Source: Squalus acanthias
Taxonomy: Eukaryota
NCBI GenBank assembly: GCA_030390025.1
Contig: CM059425.1
Coordinates: 176,206,001-176,270,000, forward strand
Length of the DNA stretch: 64,000 bases
Reading direction: 5' to 3'
Part shown: positions 49,481 to 62,890 of the stretch, one piece after another
Layout of the letters: each line of letters opens with the position of its first letter
Position numbering within the stretch: position 1 is the stretch's first letter
Translations under genes and position numbers: made by a program
The notes under the pieces: generated by a model
Databases searched by the model: none
What the model was told of the DNA's origin: nothing
The model's input: only the letters and a program-made list of their open reading frames with translations

Positions 49481-51110
49481 TCATCTAACATAGCTAGGAG
49501 AATGGTTGAGGATAACTCATGACATCATCATGACAGCTGCATGTGCCTTTGTGTCTGTGTATAGTGGCAGGGAGAGGGGAACTTTGAAATTATTTTAACT
49601 TGTGGCCAGCTCAGTTTTACTTTCCATAGGGTTCTCTGTTCTGGTTGAGTGCACATCTTTACTATTTGAAATAAATTTCCAAACTGAACCTTGGTTCACT
49701 CGTCTCTATCTGGCGTTGAGTTTAAGGTTGTGAGCCAATCTTGAGCTCAGATGTCAATATCTATCTCTTATATTTTGATTGAATATTATAACATTACCTG
49801 AGGCCAACGGTTGGATGACATCCTCTAACTACTCCTAGCCATTCATTATTCTCTACTTCTATGTATTAATATTTATGATTTATCTATTTTGTCACAATTT
49901 ACACATTCACCCATTTGTTATTGTATTTACTTGTACAACATTGAGCAAACTGTGGTTTTTCGTTCAAATAACACTCAAATAATAAGCACCATGATCTCAT
50001 TTGAACTGGTATTTTTACCGGGCAAGTTGCTTTTGACACATATGGTGATTGGTGTCTATTATGGAGGTCTTTTCCATCAGCATTTCAAAAAGCATTTTCA
50101 TGATGCATAACCACTTCCCTCTAATCTCTTGTTGCCGGCTGACAGTCTTGTATTATGGATTTTACATTTCAAAGAGTTGATAATTCTGCAATGAAATTAT
50201 AACTGGTGTTGCTCCATTTTAGCTGGGAAACATGCTAAAAGGTATTTATTTTTAATATTTCAGACAAAGCATCACAATCACTACATGTTTTTCATGCATA
50301 TGAAGTAGTTATTACATAAAAGCATATTATAGAGAGGTACAGTACAAACAGTTACAGAATTCAGTAATTGCTCTCCATCACCTTCCCATTTAAGCAGGTC
50401 TTGTTTTTTTTAATCCGACAGTTCAAAGCCAGGATCGTGCCGTGCTGCTTCCTCAGTGCAGTTTGCATTGTAAACTCAAATCTAAACCAGATCTACTTTC
50501 AATTTTTCTTAATGTACCACATATATCCACATATACAGAGATATTCCACATGCTAAGTGTTTGATATCAACATTCAGAAACAATAAATTAGGATTTTAAT
50601 TGCAACACATAAATTAAACTAATGAGTAAACCACAGATGTGCGACTTGGTGAATTCTGAAGAGTGTTAGCCCTTTTTGGTTTGCCCACGTACATGTACAA
50701 TAGATTTAGGAGAAAAAGTTACAGAAGCATCAACTTCATAGAAAATCACTTACTGACAGTCTATGTGGAGTTGGGTCTAGGGGATGGTGAAGCAACTTAT
50801 AGGCTTGATAGGCCCCTGGTCCTCTGTCCAGAAGCACTAGAGGACCAAAGTCTTTAATGAACTGGAATATGTTAGGGAAGGAAGTCGTAATGTTGTTGGA
50901 ATAGCGGATCCTCTGCACTTGGCGTAGAATTGATGCAAGGTGAGAACACAATGGCAATTGAGGGGGCTGAATCAAACTCATGGAAATACTGCAATAAGTA
51001 CTCAGTACTCACAGTTGCTTTCTTATCTGCTAGTGGGAAAGGGTTTGTTCACAGTACTTCTGCTGAGAGTTTACTTTCTACACTTTGAAGGTTTTCTGAA
51101 TCACAGTAGG

Positions 51111-52233
51111 ATGGGTGGCGCTTTGACTGCCTTAGACTGGACCTCAGATGAGGACCAATATGACCAGCAGCAGCCTGCTCTTGAAAGACCTGTAAATGGA
51201 CAGCAGAGAGGGCAGCAGCAGAGGGGTGCAGTTTGCAGGAGGCACTATTCGAGGAACTATTCGTGACACATGGTGCACAGGCTGAGATGGAGTTTCCTTG
51301 ACATGTCCGAGCAGCAGTGTTTCACGTGGCTCAGGTTGTTGTGTCATGTGGTGGCCGACACTTGCAGTCTGCTAGAAGAAGACCTGCTGCCAGCTGGACC
51401 TGTTGGCCATGTGTTACCAGCGGCTGTCAAAGTCACCACCACCCTCAACATTTTAGCCTCCAGATCCTTCCAGGGCTCTGCAGAAGACATATTCAGGATC
51501 TCCCAGTCAGTGGCCCACAAATGCATAAGACTGATAGGTTGTTTGCCATGGCCGGCTATTAATGTGAACTTTGCCTGCAATGACGCCGGTCAGAATGAAC
51601 GGGTGCTCAGTTTGCATCTCTGGCTGGCTTCCCACAGGTGCAGGGCATCATTGACACTCCCAGATCAACCAGGAATGTTCATCAACCACAAGGGCTTCCA
51701 CTCCATTAATGTGCAGCTGGTGCAAAATGATATTTCTGCAGGTGTGCGCAAGATTCCCTGGGAGCTGCCATGATGCTTTTGACTTGTGGCAGTCCAAGCT
51801 CCCTGACTTCTTTGGACCTGCTAGAAGTCAAGGGATACTCACTTCAAACTTGACTGCTGACACCCATCAGAAACTCAACCAATGACGCCCAACAGGACTA
51901 CAATGAATGCCATATGACCACCAGATGTGTGATCAAGCCATCAGATTGCTGAAGATGTGCTTCAGGTGCCTAGACAGATCTGGAGGTGCCCTCCAGTATG
52001 CACCAGTCAGGGTGTCCAGAATGATTGTGCTGTGTTGCGCTCTGCACAGCATTGCACAGCAGCGAGATTTGGACTTGCAGGAGGAACAAGGTGCAGAGCT
52101 CAGATCCTCTTTGGACAATTCTGAGGAGGAGGAGAAGGATGAAGGTGAGGAGGAGGAGGAGGAAGGTGATGAGGGCAATGCACCACCAGCTGCTCACACT
52201 ACTGCCAGGGATGCCCTTATTAATATGACCTAG
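51111..52233 (+). pseudogene. HARBI1-like Harbinger transposase
   Basis: [62 protein letters not shown], poly-E, RDALI; multiple lesions. Confidence 0.88.
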
Positions 52234-52307
52234 GCACTGGCTTCGGACATGGAAAAGGCATACCCAGCCCAGTCGAACCTGCAAAGTCCTCCTCACTAAC
52301 ACCTCAC

Positions 52308-52573
52308 AAGGCGCATGGGAACACCATCACATCCAAGTTTCCCTCCAAGTCACACACCATCCTGACTTGGGAATATATCGTCGTTCCTTCATTGTCGCTG
52401 GGTCAAAATCCTGGAACTCCCTCCCTAGCAGCACTATGGGAGTACCTTCACCACACGGACTGCGGGGGTTCAAGAAGGCGGCTCACCACCACCTTCTCGA
52501 GGGCAATTAGGGATGGGCAATAAATGCTGGCCTTGCCAGTGACGCCCACATCCCAGGAACGAATAAAAAATAA
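52308..52573 (+). mobile_element. LINE-B 3' fragment
   Basis: Matches the 3' ~260 nt of the other LINE-B copies, with A-rich tail. Confidence 0.9.
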
Positions 52574-52889
52574 GTGCAAGGCTCACTTAGGTTGTGCCAG
52601 TGGACCGATGTCAGAAGCTCATGCAGCCGCCACTCTTTTTTCCTCCCCCGTCCCCTTCCCAATGCCGCTGACACAAAGCTGTCCTGCAAACAACCAACCA
52701 CCCCTTGCACATCCACCCCCCCATTGGTCCCCATCAATTCATGTCTTCCCATTCATCATCAAGCAATTTAAAAAGCAACTTGCCACCCAGCAACCAAGAA
52801 TGGACAAGACAGGAAAGTGATACAAAAGAATAAAATTGATGTGCTTTAACCAAACAACAGAAACTAAACAACATTACATTTTCTCATAT

Positions 52890-53530
52890 ACACACCCTTG
52901 TGCAACTACAAAGCTTTTCCCTTCCTTTTCCTTCCACTCTAGGTCGTGCAACCCCTATTGCTTCAGCAGAGGTAGCGGCAGGCTGCACAGATCCCTGCTT
53001 TGACGGTTGAGAAACTCTTGGTCGATGAACTTTATGTTTTGGAGCCTGTGAGGGCCCCACCAAAGACTGCTCTACCTGTGCAAGAGCAAACTCTGCCATC
53101 AGGAGAAGAGGCAGCATGTGGGGCACTGACTGAGGCGGGGACGGCTGGGGCGGTGGCGGAGTGGGGGGGGGAAACGGTTGAGAAGTGGAAGTGCTTTGAG
53201 TGGAGTCCCCACTTCCATGTCCCCTTTCGCTATTATCCCTCTCATGGCTCAGCCGCATTTCACTGCTACCACTCTGCTGGACAACACTTTGGTGCAGATC
53301 AGTGCAGTGCTGTAAGGCCAAGGCTAAGGTATCTGGCATCCTATTTAAGGTGGCAGACATGTTGTCATCCAGAGTCTGCACAGCTGTGGTCAAGGCGTGC
53401 ATGGCCTCATTTGATTGGAGCATTGATGTTCCATGGAACTGGCCACTCTCCATGGAAGAACACATCATTGCAATGCCCGACGACAACAGCCCACTCATGC
53501 GTGAGGTGCAGTCCTCCATTTTTCTGCATC
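52890..53530 (-). pseudogene. Harbinger Myb gene exon-3 remnant
   Basis: Clearly homologous to 59240-59840 and in style to 11664-12470; converges on the 51111 transposase. Confidence 0.7.
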
Positions 53531-53712
53531 TCAGCCCCAGGACATCGCTGCAGGAGTTCACCAGGGTAGTGTCCTTCAGCTGCTTCATCAATGACCTTCC
53601 CTCCATCATAAGGTCAGAGTGGACTGATGATTTGCTGATGATTGCACAGTGTTCAGTTCCATTTGCAACTCCTCAGATAATGATGCAGTCCATGCCCGCA
53701 TGCGGCAAGACC
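53531..53712 (+). mobile_element. Internal LINE-B RT fragment
   Basis: cagccccaggacatcgctgcaggagt..tgcttcatcaatgaccttcc..gctgatgattgc matches the LINE-B RT. Confidence 0.8.
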
Positions 53713-53737
53713 TGGCCATCAAAGCTCACTGACCATG

Positions 53738-56340
53738 ATTTAAAAAAAATTAATTCATGGGTTGTGGGCGTCGCTGGCAAGGCCAGCATTTATTGCCCAT
53801 CCCTAATTGCCCTTGAGAAGATGGTGATGAACCACCTTCTTGAACCACTGCGGTCCATGTGTTGAAGGTACTCCCACAGTGCCGTTAGGAAGGGAGTTCC
53901 AGGATTTTGACCCAGCGACGATGAAGGAATGGCGATATAGTTCCAAGTTAGGATGGTGTGTGACTTGAAGGGGAACTTGCAGGTGGTGGTGTTCCCACAC
54001 GTCTGCTGCCCTTGTCCTTCTAGGTGGTAGAGGTTGCGGGTTTGGGAGGTGCTGTCAAAGAAGCCATGGTGAGTTGCTTCAGTGCATCTTGTAGATGGTA
54101 CACACTGCAGCCACGGTGCGCCGGTGGTGGAGTGACTGAATGTTTAAGGTGGTGGATGGGTGCAAATCAAGCGGGCTGCTTTGTCCTGTATGGTGTCGAG
54201 TTTCTTGAGTGTTGTTGGAGTTGCACTCATCCAGGCAAGTGGAGAGTATTCCATCACACTCCTTACTTGTGCCTTGTAGATGGTGGAAAGGCATTGGGGA
54301 GTCAGGAGGTGAGACACTCGCCACAGAATACCTAGCCTCTGACCTGCTCTTTTTGCCACAGTATTTATGTGGCTGGTCCAGTTAAGTTTCTGGTCAATGG
54401 TGACCCCCAGAATGTTGATGGTGGGGGATTCGGCGATGGTAATCCCATTGAATGTCAAGGGGCGGTGGTTAGACTCTCGCTTGTTGGAGATAGTCATTGC
54501 CTGGCACTTGTGTGGTGTGAATGTTACCTGCTACTTATGGGCCCAAGCCTGAATGTCGTCCAGGTCTTGCTGCAAGCGGGCATGGACTGCATCATTATCT
54601 GAGGAGTTGCGAATGGAACTGAACACTGGCAATCATCAGCGAACATCCTCACTTCTGACCTTATGATGGAGGGAAGGTCATTGATGAAGCAGCTGAAGAT
54701 GGTTGGGCCTTGGTTACTGCCCTGAGGAACTCCTGCAGCAATATCCTGGGGCTGAAATGATTGGCCTCCAATAACCACAACCATCTTCCTTTGTGCTAGG
54801 TACAACTCAAGCCAGTGGAGAGTTTTCCCCCCGATTCCCATTGACTTCAATTTACTCGGGCTCCCTGATGCCACACTCAGTCAAATGCTGCCTTGATGTC
54901 AAGGGCAGTCACTCTCACCTCACCTCTGGAATTCAGCTCTTGTGTCCATGTTTGGACCAAGGCTGTAATGAGGTCTGGAGCAGAGTGGTCCTGGCGGAAC
55001 CCAAACTGAGCATCGGTGAGCAGGTTATTGGTGAGTAAGTACTGCTTGATAGCACTGTCGATGACACCTTCCATCACTTTGCTGATGATTGAGAGTAGAC
55101 TGATGGGGCATAATTGGCTGGATTGGATTTATCCTTCTTTTGTAGACAGGACATACCTGGGCAGTTTTCCACATTGTCGGGTAGGTGCCAGTGTTATAGC
55201 TGTACTGGAACAGCTTGGCTAGAGGCGCAGCTAGTTCTGGAGCACAAATCTTGAGCACAACAGTCGGGATGTTGTCGGGGCCCATAGCCTTTGCTGTATC
55301 CAGTGCGTTCAGCTGTTTCTTGATATCACGTGGAGTGAATCGTATTGGCTGAAGTTGGCTTCTGTGATGGTGGGGACCTCGGGAGGAGGCCGAGATGGAT
55401 CATCCACTCGGCACTTCTGACTGAAGATGGTTGCAAATGCTTCAGCCTTGTCTTTTGTACTCATGTGTTGGGCTCCGCCATCATTGAGGATGAGCATGTT
55501 CATGGAGCCTCCTCCTCCTGTTAGTTGTTTAATTGTCTACCACCATTCGTGACTGGATGTGACAGGACTGCAGAGCTTTGATCTGATCCGTTGGTTGTGG
55601 GATCGCTTAGCCCTGTCTAGAGCATGCTGCTTCCACTGTTTAGCATGCATATAGTCCTGTGTTGCAGCTTCCCCTGGTTGACACCTCATTTTTAGGTATG
55701 CCTGGTGCTGCTCCTGGCATGCTCTTTTACACTCCTCATTGAACCAGGGTTGGTCCTCTGGCTTGATGTTAATGGTAGAGTGAGGGATATGCCGGGCCAT
55801 GAGGTTACAGATTTTGGTGGAATACAATTCTGCTGCTGCTGATGGCCCACAGCGCCACATGGATGCCCAGTTTTGAGGTGCTAGATCTGTTCGGAATCTA
55901 TCCCATTTAGTACAGTGGTAGTGCCACACAACACGATGGAGGTTGTCCTCAGTGTGAAGACGGGACCTCCTCTCCACAAGGACTGCGTAGTGGTTACTGC
56001 TACCAACACTGTCATGAACAGATGCATCTGCGACAGGTAGATTGGTGAGGACGAGGTCAAGTAGGTTTTTCCCTCGTTTTGGTTGTCTCACCACCTGCTG
56101 CTGGCAGCTATGTCCTTCAGGACTCTGCCAGCTCGGTCAGTAGTGGTGCTGCTGAGCCACTCTTGGTGATGGACATTGAAGTCCCCCACCCAGAGTGCAT
56201 TCTGTGCCCTTGCTACCCTCAGTGCTTCTTCCAAGTGGTGTTCAACATGGAGGAGTACTGATTCATCTGCTGAGGGAGGGCGGTAGGTGGTGATCAGCAG
56301 GAGGTTTCTTTGTCCATGCTTGACCTGAAACCATGAGACT
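53738..56340 (-). mobile_element. Longest LINE-B copy (APE endonuclease C-terminus plus RT), decayed
   Basis: GDFNVHH, RGKNLLDLVLTN, GPDNIP, QFGFRQ, ALDIKAAFD, GVPQGS, FADD; frameshifts. Confidence 0.93.
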
Positions 56341-56390
56341 TTGCATTCTCAAACCATTATACAAGCACACTGCAAATGGTCCAGACAAAC

Positions 56391-57128
56391 GTGTAGCTGG
56401 TGTTGGACCTCCTACATCCCCATCAGGTTCAGCTGCATTACCTCCCATGATCTCTAAGGCATCTTCTTCATGGAAGGTTAGAGGCATATTATTGGGGGGG
56501 ACTACCACCCATGCACTGAGATTCTTGGACGTTATGGATCACCTTCTCCTGTGAGAGAGAAGAAAAGTGAAGGCATGAGTATAGCAGTGAGGACTGGGTA
56601 GACAGGATAAGACAAATAAGAGATTTTTCTGAGTCTACATCCAAGCACACTGGATTGCCTAAGTGCAGTGAATATCGTAAAATCGAGCAGATCAGAACAC
56701 ATGCCTTTAAAGGAACCTATCTGATTCTCCATTTCAATGCAATCTCCTGTATAAAGTTATAACAGGACAGAAAGCAAGATGAAACAGGATGGGAGATGGT
56801 ATCAGAGGTTCAGAGTACAGTCCTAGAGCACTTTGAGGATAATGAATGTGGGGGTGCCGCATATATGAAGAGACAGCAGGAAAGAGTGAGGAAGAGCAAA
56901 TAGCTTACCTTGGCTACTGTGGTGAAGTTATTAAACTTCTTACTGCAGTGTAAAGGAGTCTTTGAGATCAAGGAGGTGACACTCACTGCCACTGCAATTT
57001 CCTTCCACAAAGTGCGGATGACATGACCCTGAATCCAAATAGCCTGTCTCTCCTGCTCGCATCTCCATTAGGAGGACATCCAAGTCAGACTCTAAGGTTT
57101 GTCTTGCATTTCTTCAATTAGCTGCCAT
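56391..57128 (-). pseudogene. Harbinger Myb gene exons 1-2
   Basis: Exon 1 57128-56909 (LWKEIAVAVS..HCSKKFNNFT, AAG|gtaagc); exon 2 56548-56391 (EKVIHN..GGSPP..EEDALEI). Confidence 0.75.
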
Positions 57129-59239
57129 CCTTTTTGCCTAGGTTGCCAGCTTCCTCCAGTGCTGCCATTTCCTCTTTAAGCAGTGGTTGGTTTTCTATCC
57201 TGCTGCTGAACCATGTCTCTAGCTCTCCCTGCTCCATTTTCTCTCCCTCCCCCCCCCCGCCCCCCCCATACTTTACAAGCTATTCCAAGTGCTTTCTGGG
57301 CCTAACTCCTGCCTGTACAGGAATTTTCCAATTTCCCCCTCCCCTGGCATATCTGAGGTGTTGCAGGCTGGATTTACAGAACCTGGATACCTCTAAATGT
57401 GTTACTTACCTACGCCGCAATTTAGGATGGGTTCAGGAGCGGCACATCATGTCGGGTGAATGTCCTGCCCCACCTCACTTCTGGTGGTGCAACAGCACCA
57501 TCAGAATTTCTCTTTAACTGATTGTACCTTGTCAAAATTTAAAAAGATGCTTATTTTATTCCCGTGCCATTGACTGTCCAGGGTTATTAATGAGGTAAGA
57601 GCAATATGTGAAGAGAGAAAATCATGACAAACCCCTTGGACATTGTTGATGCATATACTCGAGATTATCAGAGTTGAATGAAGTGATTATATTTCAATCT
57701 TTGGTTCATTGTTCAGTAGTAATTAGTGTGTAATGATGGGTGCTTTTTCATGTAATTTTATTATCTGAAGTGAATAAAGATAGAGCTTTAATGTCATGAC
57801 TAATTATGAAAACTAGCCTTGAATTATATTTGCAAATCAAATCAAGAGGTAAAACAATTAGAGATATGAATATTCTATTATAACTGATCATTATACTTGA
57901 CTCTGATTGGGACATGATGTGGTTCAGTCCTTTAGCAATCATCCTGTAGACCACAATGACAGTGTCAATGTATACTCTCTCTCTCTATATATATAATATA
58001 TATACAGATCTAGAATCCAGTAGACATTTCACAGCAAATGTTGACATAAAACTCAATATCCCAATAATGCACATAATGGACATCTCATGAGCCTACACAA
58101 AAGAATAACAAACATTGTATTACTGTATTGTGTGTGGGTGCTATTATGTATCGATCATATGGAGCCAGTTACTCCCACACTACCAGCCAATGGGTTCAAA
58201 CAATACATACAATAAGTTGGATGTCGGTGATTTCACTGTTGATATTTAATCTAAGGGTTTAGATGATGGTTCTGAATTCTTTGAGTTCACTCTCAGACTT
58301 ACAAAGTCATCTGCACTCCCTCTACCCCCTGATTAGATTATTGGCTCATAATTCATTCAGTGTACATTGTTCCCTTATAATGTATATATTAATGCAATGC
58401 ACAAGGGGTAAACTAGAATGAGAAATACAAGGTTCGCAGGATATGCTGAGAGTGGGCAAGTGAGGAGTTTGGAAACTGAGGATTGTTGAAAGTTTGAGTA
58501 CCGATTACTGCTGCTGGGAAGGAATTTTTGGAACAATTTTTTTTACAAGAAAATGTCTAAACTTATAAAGTAGCATTTTGTGTTTTAAATTGTCTCTAAA
58601 AATGTTTTTGTTTATGTCTCCCTGAGAATCCCAGGACTTCAGTTCATGGGTCTTCCCAGAAATCTCAATGCCAGCTATACAAACAGACTGAACAAAGACC
58701 CAGAAATTGCTGGAAAATAACAGCGAGTTCACGGCCCCCGCATTATTAGTGTGTTAAACCCCCCCCCCAGCAATTTTAAGCCAGGAAGAGATACGCCCTG
58801 ATTTGTGAATCGCCACAAGTTGCTGGATGATTTGTGCCACCCCCTCATTAGTCTCGTAAAAATGGGGACTCGCCATCAACCTCACCAAGAAATTGCTGGA
58901 TTTACACCATAAATACAAATTAATCTTGTCACAGACATTTAGGCACGGATGGATTGTTTGCCAGGCTGGCAGTTATGTAAACTTCCCCTGTGATGACAAC
59001 ATCCCCTGGTTTCCCCCTCCACCTGACACAACCTGTAGCCAACCATCCACCCATTACACATCCACCAATTGGTCCCCGTCAAATCATGTCTTCACCGTCA
59101 TCAATAAGCAACTGAAAAGGTGAGCTGACACCTGGCCCGCAAAAATGGGCAACACGGGAAATTAATAAATTTTGCGTGATTTGATTTAAAAAAAGGGAAC
59201 TTAATAACATAACATTTTCACAAACACCCATGTGCATAC

Positions 59240-60643
59240 CCTCGGTGAACTACAAAGCTTTTCTCTTCCTTTGTCTACTGCTCCTACATGGTGCAACCCC
59301 TTTGTCTTCAGCAGGGGTAGAGGCAGGCTACTCGGATCCCTGCTCTGACTGCTGAGATGCTCTTGGCCGACGACCTCTGGATATTGGAGCCTATGAGGGC
59401 CCCACCACAGAATGCTCCACCTGCAGCTGTGCAAGGGCAGACTCGGCCATCAGGAGATAAGGCAGCATGCCAGGTACTGACTGGGGGAGGGGGTTGGGGT
59501 GGCCACGGGTGAGAAGTGAAAGCGCTTTGAATGGATTTCCCACTTCCATGGCCCCTCTCCTGGGCCAGCGGTCCATCAGTCTTACCTGTCTGCAGGAGAG
59601 CAACTTGGTGAAGATCAATGACTTATTGTAAGGCCACAGCTAAGGTATCTGTCATCCTGTTTAAGGTGGCAGACATGTTGGCATCCAGAGTCTACACGGC
59701 CGTGGTCAAGTCCTGCATGGACTCATTTGAGTGTCACGATTGAAGTTCCACAGAGGAGGCCAGTCTATCATGGAAGAAGACATTCTCACAATGGCCTGTC
59801 ACATCAATCCACTAATGGTTGAGCTGGACTCCTCCATCCTCTCTGCTATTGTGGGCAGTGTGCATGGGAGGAGTGTCAGTACATTCTGTTGCGGCAGATT
59901 TGCTGCTGTCCCTCTATTATTATCCTTTTCACTGATGACCCCTGGAGTTCAGCATCTGTGTCCAGCTGAGCAGAGCTTGGAGAGGAGTGTGCCCTCCGAC
60001 ACAGACTCTCCACTGCTGTCCCTGCCACCACTCTCTGCTTTTGCTCACTTGTGAACAGTGAGTCACCAGGTAAGATCCCACCTAACTCTTTAACAGGACC
60101 CACCGAAGTGCACGTATCTGCGCTGGTACCTGGTAAGCATATGTCCTGTGACGATGCACCCTCAGAAGGAACGAGTTCCTCTGAGGAATATTCATCTGGA
60201 AAGTCCACTGCTGTTTTACACGTGAAGGCCCCAGAGGAGAGAAGAGATGAATATGAATTAGTGCTGGCAATATCAAAATGTTTCTACTGAGCACAATTAA
60301 GATGATCAGATTTCACTCATTGCTGAAATCAAGTGAACATGCCTAAGTCTTGCATGAGATGTGGGTCGGAGATATTTAATTCTGTCACTGGGCAGCTGCA
60401 AAGTCCCAGTCTCACCATCTCCGACGGTCAGTGACGCAAACATGCCACTGATCTCCATGGCCTCTTCCTCTGATGATGTCAGCTGCACTATCTGTAGCAA
60501 CCTGCCTCCAGTCATCTTCCCCTCCCTTATGTTCTGTGCTTGTTAAAACTCCACAACATGCCAGGAAACCCAAACTTCCGGGTTTCCCGCCGTCTCCCGG
60601 GTCACCCTGCACCGTGCGGGTGGGAAACGGGAAAATCCAGCCC
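59240..60643 (-). mobile_element. Deleted Harbinger with Myb exons 2-3 remnant
   Basis: TGGR..LTSSEEEAMEI..GDGETGT exon 2 (60541-60389); exon 3 from ~60231; TIR-like end aaaatccagccc at 60643; left boundary uncertain (could reach ~58697). Confidence 0.7.
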
Positions 60644-60681
60644 AATGATCACCACAGCAGTAAAAGTAAGCAGAATTCAAT

Positions 60682-61393
60682 GGCCAGAATTTTGCTCAGG
60701 ATGACGGGGGAGGGGTGGGGGTGCGGGGGGGGGGGGGGGTGATGTCCGAGGCGGGCGGGAAGCCGGGTTTCCCGCAGGCCCTGCTGATTTTACCGGCAGG
60801 GCCTAATTTGAATATCAGGCCTCGGTTTCCCTGGCTGGCTGCGGGTGGGTAGGCCTCAGTTGCGAGGAGTCGGTCCAGTGGAAGGATCGTGGGAGAGGGA
60901 TTGGGGATATTGGGGGGATCGGGGATCACGGAGTGGGGGTCAGCCATGGATCGGAGTGGGTGCAGAAGATCGGGCCGGCCTCATCATCATTGTTGGGGGG
61001 GGAGGCCTGGGGAGGCGATCGGAGGCCTCCTGGTGGGGTCTCCGATCACAGAGTATGGGCTAGGCAGGGACCCTGGATCTGGGCGGTAGGTATTAAGTCA
61101 CTTACCTTCTGGATGCAGCAGTCCCCACCCCTGTTTAACGAATTGTGTGAAACCCGTCCACAGGCAGTTAAACACAAAATGGAGGAGAAAATAGAGGCAT
61201 CCAGCCTCATTATAATATTTAAATTACGGTACCACCCCCTGGGAGCGGGTTGGTCGCTCGCCCCCCGTCTTGCCTCCGGGGAAACCGGAAGTGGGTGGGT
61301 TGGAGGCGGGATCAGGTCGGGATTCACATTTTTAACACTTTAACTGCCCCCACACTCCAAACCCAACTGTTTTTTGATGGGAAAATTCCGGCC
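60682..61393. mobile_element. Harbinger-type MITE
   Basis: TIRs ggccagaatttt / aaaattccggcc; flanks AAT / ATT; G-rich interior. Confidence 0.8.
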
Positions 61394-62589
61394 ATTGTTT
61401 TTTTTCTATAAAGTATCACAACCAGGGAAAGCATAAAATACTTCAACTTTTTCTGATGTAATTTTATCAATAAGAATAAGATAGGTTGCTACATTCAAGA
61501 GGCTTTTTATTTACCAAATATAGCAAATTACATGTGTAACAAATGAAACTTTGCTCTTTGGAATTTGACATTCCTTAACCATTATATTCCGGAATGTATT
61601 TTGTTTATTTATGTTTATCCCAGAATGCAAAGCAGCAAAAAAAAGGTAAAACAGTAGATATTGTGACAGAACCGAACCATTACTAAAGTTTCAAGGGAGA
61701 CTTTAAAGTCATGAATTTCGACATATATTTTAAGCAGAATTTTTTAATAACATAAAGCACTGTTACAGAGATACAGGCCCCAAAATCGTGATGCCTTGAT
61801 TCTGCTGTGGAACTCTGCCACTGACCCTGCCAAAGTTCAAAGGATCAGGGAGCGGGGCCTCCAGGAGCAGGCTCACACAATCAGTGTCTTTTGGAATGCA
61901 GCAACTGTTATGCATACAAACTTTGAACAAGCAAATATGAACTGAAAATTAATGTGTTGATAACTAATTGATGCCCTCTGAGTCAATGTAGTCTTAATGT
62001 TTATTGCTATATTAATATTAATATTCAAAAGTTCTGAAGTGTGTAATGGGATTTGAATTATTTATTACAGATAGAAACAGTTTTTGTACAGTTTTAGTTT
62101 TGGTTCCCTTAGGACATTTATTTGAATTTGCTTTCTATTTCATTATTCAAAATATTCCCTGTAGTTTATGTGGTGCAAATGTAGAAAAAAATATTTCACA
62201 TGACATGGAAGGGATGGAGAGGGAAGCGGGCAAGTATAAAAGGTTTGCTGGGTGAGTAGAGCAGGAATATTGAAATAATTTTTGGTTTCACTTAGATATT
62301 TGTAATATTTGTAATATTTGATCAAATAATTCTCAGTATTTAGTTATTTGCATGATGGCATTGCCCATGCAGACTGAGTGGCTGAAGAAATTTAGCCAAA
62401 CCCCCACAAGCAACTCTCTGTCATTATTACTAGTTATGTTAGGAGTAGAGGACTGAATAGGGCCATTAAAGGATTCCCGGGATAAGATTCACGCGGAGGT
62501 TTTAAATGTTTACTTTGGTCAGTCTTCACTCCTGTAGATGGTGCTCAGTTTCCATTAATGGGCAGTTAGCACTAAAGTTGTAAATGTTA

Positions 62590-62890
62590 AAGTAGATGCA
62601 GATCTAATCTTGGAGGGAATAAGGAGTCTTAAATCAGATCGCGCTGCTGTTCGAAACAGCATTTACCCAAGGGTTGGTTAAAGAGATAGGGGCTGTGCTA
62701 CGTGAGCCCCTTGCTCATATATTTAATAGCTTGCTGAAATCTGGGATCGTTCCTATGGACTGCAGAGAAGTTGTACTAATATTCAAAAAGGGCAACTAGT
62801 CAGAACCAGGAAATGATAGGCCCATTAGTTTGACATCAGTTTTAGGTAAGTTGTTAGAAGGGAGCATTAGAGATGTTCTTATGTGCTTCC
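62590..62890 (+). mobile_element. Old CR1 RT fragment
   Basis: Decayed IYPRV.KE, IFKKG, PGN.RPISLTSVLGKLLE. Confidence 0.75.

Larger units (their letters stand above)
48006..49481 (-). mobile_element. 5'-truncated Penelope-like retroelement
   Basis: 11-bp TSD catctaacata (47995-48005 / 49482-49492); RT plus GIY-YIG ORF; terminal hammerhead motif. Confidence 0.93.
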
